Assembly (NCBI RefSeq): GCF_001194135.2
Contig: NC_068981.1
Span: 194,670,912-194,734,911 of the forward strand
Origin: Octopus bimaculoides
Lineage: Eukaryota
Length of the DNA stretch: 64,000 bases
Direction of reading: 5' to 3'
Positions within the stretch are counted from its first letter, which is position 1, and every line of letters begins with the position of its first letter. Position numbers and translations under genes: made by a program. Below are positions 38,294 through 50,200 of the stretch, piece after piece. The notes beneath the pieces are model-generated. The model saw only the letters and a list, made by a program, of their open reading frames with translations. It was not told the origin of the DNA and made no database searches.

Positions 38294-41200
38294 TGTAAGT
38301 ATGTGCGTATGTATGTGTGCATATAGTAATGAAATTAACTTACCTGTTGTAAGGTGTCCAGGATAATCTGCCGGTTCTTTTTCAGCGTCATCAGTTTGTT
38401 CTCATACAGTTGTCGTCTGTCGGGTACGACTGCCATCAGATTGAACCAGATGTCATGGTAAGGTTCCCTTTGAAGACAAAGAGGGAGACATTCGTTAAGC
38501 ATGACACGTAGTTTAATTGGGAAGTGGAACACTTGAGGAGTATTCTGCCAGCCTCAGACCAACAGGATACAAGGGTGTCACATCATTTCGTGACACTGTA
38601 ACTGTGATAAATGTGGCGAGCTGGCAGAAATGCTAGGATGCCAGGCAAAATGCCTAGTGGTATTTTGTCTGTCTTTACGTTCTGAGTTCAAATTCCGCCA
38701 AGGTCGACTTTGCCTTTCATCCTTTTGAGGGTCGATAAATTAGGTACCAGTTGCATACTGGGGCTGATCTAATCGACTGCCCCCCCCTCCCCCAAAATTC
38801 TCCCCGGTGGCACGTAAAAAGCACCATCCCAACATGGCCGATATCAGTACCACCTGACAGACTCCTGTGCCGGTGGCACATAAAAAGCACCCACTACACT
38901 CTTGGAGTGGTTGGCATTAGGAAGGGCATCCAGCTGCAAAAACACTGCCAGATCAGATTGGAGCCTGGTGCAGCTGCTGGCTCTCGAGACCTCAGTCAAA
39001 CTGTCCAACCCATACCAGCATGGAAAACAGACGTCAAAAGATGATGATGATGGTGGTTTCTGTTATGGAACTACAGGCATTTTCGGGGCCACCAATCAGT
39101 TCTGTTGATTCTGAAAAAATATTTTAATCGCCTCAGAATTGATTTAAGGAAAAGTAGGCCAAGATGGGATTTGAACTCAAAAATTAGCAATGTATGATGC
39201 TTGATAGGAACAATGGTAGTTAAGAAAAGAGTTTGAAAGAGAAATCTTACCCTCCGGTACCCGTACCAAGTCTCTCAGAGATGACCCGACGAAATTTTTC
39301 AGTCCAGTCTTCATTTTCTTGCCATGGCCCTGAATATGGAGAACAGTAAGTCAAGGAGAGGTGGTCATTGAAGGGGAGATAACTCATATGAATATACACA
39401 TTGATGTCAAAAGACACTATTACCACCAGAAATTCTCCGAGAAAAACACTAGGGAATGTTACTATTACTTTAAGCCCAAAACACAATCATATACGCGGTT
39501 AACCAAAATTTTAATTCTTTCTTCGGCTAGCCTATCATATAGTGTGCTTTTCTCAGAGAATTTATGGTGGTAATAGTGTCTTTTGACATCTATTTTTAAA
39601 TGCGTGGTGAGGCTCAAGCCAAGCCCTTGTTATAATTATGTATATAATTATAAAATATTTATAAAATTTACCTGTGAGGTTTTATTTCCCCGTTGACCTC
39701 TTGGTAAAAATCATTAATGACTTTTACCCTTTATTATCATTAATGACTTTTACCCTTTATTATCATACACATTGATGTCTAGATAGATATGCTTTGTTGT
39801 ATATAAATACTTTTTTTTAAAAATCTATTTGATTATTTATTTCCAATATATTCTATATTCTCCATCAAATATAAAAATATAAGGTCATCATCATCATTTA
39901 ACATCCGCTTTCCATGCTAGCATGGGTTGGACGATTTGATTGAGGACTGGTGAACCAGATGGCTGCACCAGGCTCCAATCTGATCTGGCGGAGTTTCTAC
40001 AGCTGGATGCCCTTCCTAACGCTAACCATTCCGAGAGTGTAGTAGGTGCTTTTACGTGCCATCGGCATGAAGGCCAGTCAGGTGGTACTGGCAACGGCCA
40101 TGCTCAAAATGGTGGTTTTTACGTGCCACCTGCATATAATATATACCAGAGTAAACACATAAATGTGACAAAAAGTGGGAAAAAATAGTACTTGAATACC
40201 AGAGGTAAAGTAATACGTTTTAGTGTTAAAGCTGCAAAAATATCACAAAAATATCGCCAAAAAATCAGAGTTTCACATTCCTGTTTGTTGGACAGATGTG
40301 ATAAAGAACTTGATCACAACTATTTACATTAGACAGATATTTGTCCTCATCTTGTTTGTTGTTAACACAATGTTTCGGCTGATATACCCTCCAGCCTTCT
40401 TCAGGTGTCTTGGGGAAATTTCGAACCTGGGTTCTCATTCCTAAGGTATTTTTTGATGTTATTGAACTTGAAGCTATGTGGTTGGGAAGCTAACTTTATG
40501 ATCACACACAAAGACAAAGACACACACACACAGATACAAAGACACACACACACAGACAAAGACACACACATACTCACAGACAACACAATACCGAATATAC
40601 AGTTGTAAAAGATTTCAAGAAGAATACATACCATGGTCAATGGGGTATGGCTTGAGACCATCCAATTCAAAGAGGTGGCCATTTATAGGTACATAGCTGA
40701 CAAAATGGAATGCTTCCATGGTTCGGACAGTTGATATACCTTGTTGTTTCTCTGGGAGGTGACGAGGTTCTGGTCTAAGAAATGATAGAGATACAAATGT
40801 GTGACATGGTTATGACACAGGGAACAAAGGAAATGTAACATAGATGTGACAAGGGAGAACACAGGAAATGTAACACAGATGTGAAGTGTTACAAAGTGTA
40901 TCAGGCATGAAAGGAATTGTCACAAGGTATATATGTCTCTGATCTTTTATTCTTTGCTTGTTTCAGTCATTAGACTGTGGCCATGCTGGGGCACCACCTT
41001 GAAGAAGTTCAGTTGAATGATTCAACCTTGGTACTTACCTTTTTTTAAGTCTGGTCCTTATTCCGTCAATCTCTTTTGCTAAGCTGCTAAGTCACAGGGA
41101 CATAAACACACCAACACCGGCTGTCAAGCAGTGATGGGGGGGACAAACACAGACACACACACATATAGATATCATCATCATCGTTTAATGTCCACTTTCC

Positions 41201-44200
41201 ATGCTGGCATGGGTTGGACAGTTTGACTGAGGACTGGTGAGCCAGATGGCTGCACCAGGCTCTAATCTGATCTGGCAAGGTTTCTACAGCTGGATGCCCT
41301 TCCTAATGCCAACCACTCCGAGAGTGTAGTGGGTGATTTTATGTGCCACCAGCACAAGGGTCAGTCAGATGGTACTGGCAACGGCCACGCTCAAAAGGTG
41401 TTTTTTATGTGCCACCTGCACAGGAGTCAGTCCAGTGGCACTAGCAATGACCACACTCGAATGTTGATTTTCACGTGCCACTGGCACATATGCCAGTAAG
41501 GCAACACTGGCAACAATCACGCTCGAATGCTGTCTTTTATGCGTCACCAGCACAGGAGCCAATCCATGGCCCTGGCAATGATCACGCTTGGATGGTGCTT
41601 TTAATGTTCCACTGGCACAAGTGCCAATCAGGTGGTACTGTCATCGGCCACGTCAGTGATTTTGATTTCACTTTCCTCAACAGGTCTTCGCAAGCAAAGT
41701 TTATTGTCCAATGAATGAAGGGTACTCATAAGTGGGCTGGTTATACACCATTGGCATAGGCCATGAATTATGGTCTCACTTGGCTTGTCGGGTCTTCTCA
41801 AGCACAGCATATCGCCAAAGGTCTTGGTCACTAGTCATTAACTCAGTGAGGCCCAATGACTACACACACATATATATATATATATCATCATGGATGTGTC
41901 ACCTACCTTGAATAAAATCGATCGATAGCAACATTTTCCTTTTATAGTAAAATATGCACCAAATTCAATAAAATTATGAAGTTTACTCTGATTATTATGC
42001 AAGAAATGCGAAACGTTTTATTCTTTTGTAGATTAGGTAGGCATAATTCACTCCTGCTTTTCAAGTTTCATACCACACAAACACATCTATACCTATATAT
42101 GCACTACATACATATATCTATAATAATAAATGCCAAAATGAATTTCTGTGTGTCAGTGTGTCACATTTTGACCCCCTCTCTCACTATTCAATGACACTTC
42201 TACTATTCCTCCTGCTGGGGTGAGAGTAATGGAAGGCATAGAGATGGAGAAGGTGGTAGTAGATTGACAGTTGTGATGGTAATGGTGTGAGAGTAATAGT
42301 ATGAGTCGTAGTTATGATAGCGGCAGAGGCGACAGTGATGATGGTGGTGGTGGTGGTAGCCAAGGCGGTCAGGGATGACAGTAATAGTAAGTGATGTGAA
42401 AGACAGTGGTGATGGTGGTGGAGGGAAAGGCAGGCGAAGTCAAAGGTATTGATGGTGGCGGCATCAGAAGTCTGAATGGTGTGTGTATGGCAGTTGTGGT
42501 GGCAATGGTGGTGGTACTGGTGGTGGTACTGGTGAGATGGTGATGGTTGAAAACAATCAACAAAAAGAGAGAGAGAGAGAGAGGAGGGNNNNNNNNNNNN
42601 NNNNNNNNNNNNNNNNNNNNNNNNNNNNNNNNNNNNNNNNNNNNNNNNNNNNNNNNNNNNNNNNNNNNNNNNNNNNNNNNNNNNNNNNNNNNNNNNNNNN
42701 NNNNNNNNNNNNNNNNNNNNNNNNNNNNNNNGGGAGAGAGAGAGAGGGAGAGAGAATGAGGTTAGACAGAAAATAAAATTGTACTGACCCCGCCCCACCG
42801 GAAAGGGGAAGACAAAAAATGTTGTTTATCATGAAGCTTTGCAATAAGTTCGAAGTTGACAAATTATATCATTGTTTTGATGGAAACCGCTCATTGCTTG
42901 AAAAATATTGGTCAAGTTTAATAAAATTTAATATGTACTCAATGCATGAAGTGTCATTGTTGGGCTCAAGGCCCAATGAAGAGCCCTCCACAGGAACCAG
43001 CTTAAAAGCCACCCGATAGGGTGGCTTTTAAGCTAGTATATTATATACATACACACACACACTCATATACAGTAATCCCTAACCATATCGTGGTTCACCT
43101 ATCGCGGTTTACTATTTAAGCTTATGTCGATTCCTCCGTGGTGTTGTTCTGCATTTATAATAAAATATATACAAATTATAAAAATAATAATAAAAAATAT
43201 ACAGTACTGTACTGTTTCTACTTCACGGATTTTCACCTATCGTGGGGGTGGGGGCGTAACAACAGCGGCAGTCGAGGGATTATTGTGCATACATACATGC
43301 ACACACGGATATGTACATAGGAAGTTTAACTATGAGAGATGTGCTGTACATATTTTAAAACTGGGAAATAAACCCTTCAAAAACAGAAATCTTTTTTTTT
43401 CGTGTTCTCTCCTTGTGTTAAGTAAAACATTAGATTTAGTATGAAGAAGTCACTAAGTTACCTGGCATGACTGTTGTGAGCTCGAGCAAGTTCTGGCATA
43501 TTACCGATAGCATGGCCTTTATCCTGAGGAGAAAAAAAAAATAATATAAAAATAATTATTCCAAGATGTTATAAAACAAAGGAATTGACATGCGATTAAA
43601 TCATCATCATCATTTAACGTCCGCCTTCCATGCTAGCATGGGTTGGACGATTTGACTGAGGACTGGCAAACCAAAAGGCTGCACCAGGCTCCAATCTGAT
43701 CTAGCAAAGTTTCTACAGCTGGATGCTCTTCCTAATGCTAACCATTCCAAGAGTGTAGTGGGTGCTTTTTACGTGCCACCAACATGGGGGCCAGTCAGAT
43801 GGCACTGGCATCGACCATGCTCATATGGTGATTTTTATGTGCCACTGGCACAGGAGACAGTCAGATGGCACTGGCATCAACCATGCTCGAATGGTGCTTT
43901 TTACGTGTCACTGGTATCGTCCATGACTATGATTTCACTTTACTCAACAGGTCATCTTAAGCACAGCATATTGCCCAACGATTGAAGGATACTTTCAAAC
44001 AAGCCAGTTATGCGACACAGGCATTGGCCACGGCTACTATCTTACTTGGCCTGCCGGGTCTTCTCAAGCAGCTTCGAAGTATATTATGGCTGCATAACGA
44101 AATACCACATACCTACAAGTCATTAGACGACGATGATGATGAAGAATATTTGGTAGAGAACTTACTTCTGGATTCATGTTCTTGGTAAATTCTTTTAGTT

Positions 44201-47200
44201 TGGAGAGAGTTTTACCATGTCTGACCTTGTCATTGTTTAGAAGAATACTGAGTAAGGCATGAGTGGCACAAGAGTTTGGTATCACCTGTAAAGGTAAGAA
44301 ACAGATGCAGGGTGAGGTTTGGTTGTGTGATTATGAAGCTTACTTCTCAAACACGTGGTCTCAGGTTCAGTCCCATCGCATGGTAGCTTTGTGAGTGGAT
44401 TTGGTAGATGGAAACTGAAAGAATCCTCCCTTCCCCTCCACCCACCGGACTACCACATTATCTCCCTCATGTAAAATACCTGTTCTCTCTCTCTCTTCCC
44501 TTCTCCTGCAGCGTACCCCCTAAAAATGTCATCTCTCCCCTCCTCTTGTCAATTATATCATCATTACTATCCTGTTGTTACCATTCCTCATGGACCACAA
44601 GCCATCTTCCACCCCCTCCGTCCACCCTTTAACCCTTCTCGATCTTTACAGACGTCTCTTACCCCCTCTTCCATTTCCTCTACCTCTTGCCTCTCCATAC
44701 ACCCTTACGAGTCCCCCCCCCACCCACTCCTAGCTTCTCTATTCCCACTCATTTCTACCCACCTCGTACCTTTAGGGGCCATCTGGACATCTCATTACCA
44801 CCATTTATCTCTTTGCAGCTCCCACTGATTCATCCTCTCTCTGTCCCCTAAATGTGAAAAACCATTCAGCTTCTCTACAACAAGAACCTTCCTTGCCCCT
44901 GACCCTTTCTCGAGCCCTTTAAACTCCACCCAGCATACAGATGCCCTTCCCCACCTCCTCCAAGTATTATTAGCTTGAGCCACAGAAACATCTGCTGTTT
45001 TGACCCATAATCGGGGCCTTTGACAAATGCTACCACCCTGGGCCAGAGTAACCCTGAGAGTAGAGGTGACTAAAGAATAACTCCAAACTCCCAAGTTGGA
45101 TGCAGTTTAATGTGTTGCCCACAATTAGTCACCTGTGGGTGCAGGTGTGGCTGTGTGGTTAAGAAGTTTGCTTCCTAACCACAAGGTTCTGGGTTCAGTC
45201 CCACTGTGTGGCACCTTGGGAAAGTGTCTTTTACTATAGCCTTGAGTTGGCCAAAGCCTTTAAGTGGATTTGGTAGACAGAAACTGAAAGAAGCCTGTCA
45301 TATGTGTGTGTGTGTTTGTGTTAGTCCCCCCCCACCACTTGACAACCAGTGTCGGTGTGTTTATGTCCCCCGTAACTTAGCGGTTTGGCAAAAGAGACTG
45401 ATAGAACAAGTACTGGGCTTAGAAACCGGTAAGTACTAGAGTAAAAATTCTTCAAGGCAATGCCCCAGCATGGCCACAGTCTAATGACTGAAACAAGATA
45501 AAAAATAAACAATTCAACCAAATCATTAGCTACGCTCCCCTCCTTCTTACCCCCACCCACCTTCCCGCTCTCCCTCTGCTTTGTCTAAGATGGCATGCAA
45601 AGCTACGGGCACCGGCCCTCTCTCAAAGACAAATGGCTACAAGACAAAAAAAGAAAAAGGTGTGAAGAATTCTTACCTGTTTGGCAAAGAAAATGCTATT
45701 GACGGCTTTCTCATCGATCAAGAAAAACTCCTCTTCTGTATTGGTCTTGCGTCGACATCTTCGCTCTTCAATCCAGCGGAAGAGGAAAATAAAACCATAA
45801 ACAGGTCTGGAGGGGAGGAGAAAGGAAAACATGGTGGAGGTTATCTGGACAGGAAACAGGAAGGTGATGATGATGATGGTGGTGATGATGATGATGGTGA
45901 TGATGATAATGATTATGCTGCAGACTATGAGGAAGGCAATATTGTTTGTTTGTGTTGCTTAGCCCCAGGTCAGCTTTAAATGAACAGGTGGCACTGGCAA
46001 CGACCATGCTCGAATGGTGCTTTTTACGTGCCACCGGGACGGGAGCCAGTCAGGCAGTACTGTCATCGGCCACGCCGTGTATGTGTGTGTGTGTGTGTGT
46101 ATATATATACACACACACACAATGACAGGCTTCTTTCAGTTTCTGTCTACCATATACACTCACAAGGATTTGGTCAGCCCAGGGCTATAATAGAAGACAC
46201 TTGTTCATGGTGTCATGTAGAGGGACTGAACCTGAAACCATATGGCTGGGAAGCAAACTTCTCTACCACATAACCAAGCCTGCACCTGAAACTCTTGACA
46301 GGATGGGGCCCCAGGACAACAATATGCATTCGAGGTGTCTAAGTTCACTAAGTCCTGCAAGCCAGCCATCATACAATAAGCCTTTGATCAAAGACGCTCC
46401 AGCTGTGACTATCTAGTGGAATCTTCAAAAACAGTCTGCCAAACACCAACCGCTTTAGAGAGTGCATGGGGTGCTTTTTACGTGGCACCTGCACAAACGC
46501 TTTTTATGTGACACCAGCAATGCATCCTTTTATTGTACTGTCCTTTCGAATGTTGGGATTCACAGAGGCAATGGCTGAGACCTTTGGCATTATGTTGTGC
46601 TTGAGGAGAAGACCCATTAAGCTGAGCAAAATCACAGTCATGGCAGATACTGGTGTCATGCAAATGGCACTTGTGCCAGTGGCATATAAAAGCACTTCTC
46701 AAGTATTGGGCCTCAATGAGGCAATGACCGAGTCCATTTGGCATTATGCTGTGCTTGAGAAAAAGACCCATTAAGCCAAGTAAAACCGCAGTCATGGCAG
46801 ATACTGGTGTCACACAAATGGCACCCGTGCCAGTGGCACTGATTACACTCTCAGAGTGGTTATTGTTAGGAAGGGCATCCAACCGTAGAAACCATGCCAA
46901 AACAGACTGGATTCTAGCGCAGCCTTGCAGCTTGCCAGCCCTGGTCAAACCATTCAGCCCATGCCAGTCTGGACAACAGATGGTAAATGATGATGATGAT
47001 GAATACAAGAGCAGAACTAAGTTTTGAGACCTTTCACATCTTACAGTCATCAGTTGAACACTTTAAAAGCTTTCATTAGTTTCTTTAATGAAGCTTCTTC
47101 TATTAAAGAAACTCACCAATAATTCTTAGAAAAGAATGCATGAAACTGAGTCGTACCCTTCTATCTGTTTCTGTAGATCATAGATTTCTTCCACCTGGAC

Positions 47201-50200
47201 ACCTTGTACACCTAAGCAAAATCAATATAATTAATTAATAATTTACTGTTGATTTCGAATTTGCAAAAACGGATAAAAAAACTTAACATTTGGCTCAAAA
47301 TTGAAATCACAAGATTAGGAAATAGCAAAAAACATTTATTTATTATCATCCATGTTTAATCCTTTAGCATTTAACCCTTTTGTTACTGTATTTCTGTTGA
47401 GATGTTCTGTATTTCTTTTAATTACTTTAAGCATAACAAAGGATTTAGTAAAATAACTTAGTTATCATTAAGCTAGTGTTTCTGTACTATAGAACCAGAG
47501 GTGGTTTCAGCCGGGTTGGTATCAAAAGAGTTAAATTAATCATTTGTTAACCCTTTCATTTCCATATTTCTGTTGAGATGCTCTGTTTCTTTCAATTAAT
47601 TTTGAGATACTCTGTGTTTCTTTCAGTTAATCTTAAATATAACAAAGAATTTAGTAAAATAACTTAGTTATCATTAAGCTAGTGTTAGGAACATAAATTG
47701 GGACTAAGGTTTGGTGGAAGATTTTAATTCAAAACTTACCAAAGTCTTCCAGAAGCAATGTGAAGAGACCTACAAAGAAATAAAGAATGGTAAATAAATA
47801 ACAGAGAAATGGTAAAGTTAATAATTTGACTTTAGATTTATTGTTCTATACAGGGGAAAACATAAACTGCTGTTGTTGAGGACATATCAGCACCCTCCTC
47901 CTCCTCATTGTTGTAATAGAGTGCCTTCCAATGCTTTGCTCTGGGTATCGGCTACCAGATGCTATCAGACAGTAGATTTCTCCTTTTACTTGATATACAT
48001 GTGGAAAAATACATAAATATCCATAGAATATAAACAAACAAATTTTAATATGAGAAGATGGATTGAACAGGCTTTATTACAAATCACTACAATTGTTTCA
48101 ATGCATCATTATCAGGTGTTAATTGCTGAATGTTGCATGTATTATTATATGCAATATTGTATTAATATGATTCAACAACAGCTGTATGCATGTGCCTTAT
48201 CTTTAGTTTCTCCATATTCTATATCAAAGAAAAGCATCCAGCTGTAGGAACCATGCCAAAACAGACAAATGGAGCCAGCGGAGCCTGGAGATTATGATTC
48301 TGAAAAAAAATTTTTGTCAAATTTTTTTTTTCAAAATATGTGGAAAAATACAGATTATGATTTGGAAAAAAATTTCAAAACATTTCTGTAGTTACGGTTA
48401 GGGTTTTAGGGTTAGGGTTGGGGAAAAAAGTAAAAATTGAAGAATTTGGGGAGGGGGGAAAATTTAACAATGCCAATTTTTGGCAAATTTTCCGAACCTC
48501 CGTATCTAAAAACAGGGGTTCTGGGCAAAAAATTTTTTTTAAATAAACAAATTTGGGAGAAAATGGTGGTGGTGGTGGGAGGAATGGAAGTCTTTCCGTC
48601 CATAAATGACCTTTACAATTTGAAGAATTCAGAAAACAATGAAAAACAAGGACAACTCAGTAGAGTTTATAGGAAAACAGAGAAAGAAAAAAATAAAGTT
48701 TTATTAGGAATATGAGAACACTTCCACCTGGGCTCAATTGATTGCACACACAACATCTAGACAATGCAATACAATAAATTGTGGAAGTTGTAAAGATAAT
48801 TTATGGACACTCTATATATATGTGGTGAGACAACTCCAAACATGTTTCGGTTGTATTCTCACCTTATCAGTAAAGTATATAATCATCATTTAATGTCCAT
48901 TTTCCATGCTACCATAAATTGGACAGTTTGACACGATCCAGCAAGCAGCATTAAGATACAATGTCAGTTTTGGCATGGTTTCTAAGGCTGGATGAACTTT
49001 GTAGAGTGTGCTGGGTGCTTTTCTTGTGTCACTGGTATTAATGAGGTTGCCTAGTGATTTGGTTGACAGCAAAAGAAGAAGAAACGGAGGGAAAAGCCTC
49101 CTTGACTATATGTGGGTGGGTTAAAGTTTGAGAGAGGGACAGGCATGGGTGTCTTATTTCAGTATGGGACTGCCCCATCCCATCCCAGTATAAGATGGGG
49201 GTGGGGTGAGGCAGTCTGGTATGACTGTCATCGACCACGCTCAAATGGTGCATTGTATTTGCAACTGGCATGGTGTAGGGAACAAATAATGTAAACATGT
49301 ATACCTACCTACCTACCTACCTGCATGCACACACACACAAGGGTTTCACCAAAAGAAATACAAGTAGGCATAACTTTTTGTTTTATATTTCTTTTACACA
49401 AGTCGTTCAAACGGCACAAGTTGGTAGAATAAACTCTTTCTCTGTACGAAGGTACAACTCAGCTTAGTCTCCATCGCTGAACTCAACTCTCAAGTCGTCT
49501 TTGAAAAAAAATTCAGATATGCACAGTTGAGTCCTGATTGAACAAACCTATGCTCAAAGGCGCTCCAGTTACGATCCCCACGCCCTGTTTAATTCCATAT
49601 CAACCCTGAATGAGAACAGACTTATGAACAGTCACATTCCAGCAGTAACTATCTCATCATTTTGTACATCGAGAACTACATTGTTTAATGCATACCTGTT
49701 CGTTTAAAGACGACAGGGAGTGACTTGAGGGAGATTTGGCTGCTATTTCTGATAAGCTCAGTGACCATGTAAAAATGTTCCTTATTGGTTGACGAAGAAC
49801 CAAGTTTAGTGTAGAGAAGGTGGTAGCGATGATGTTAGGAGACTAATAATGGTGCGGTGTTGGTAGCCAAATAATGATACTGTGATGGTAAGTAAAGATG
49901 ATAATGATGTTGTAATGATTGCGTACATAAGGCGGGAAATGATGTTGATTTTATTGTGGTAGTTAATAAAGTGGACGATGCGGTAGTCGTTCCTTACTCG
50001 AATGAAAGACGACAGACACTGTAACAACGTAATATTGTCAGTACGAACAACAACAACATTATCGTATCATTAATCTTATCTTTAAATGAGATGAAATTTA
50101 TCTTTTTTAATATTTACGTCTGCGAAGGACAATACATTTGGCAGAATCGCAGACAACATTTCTGGCGGTATTTAGTTACAACTGTTTACGTCCCGTGGTC

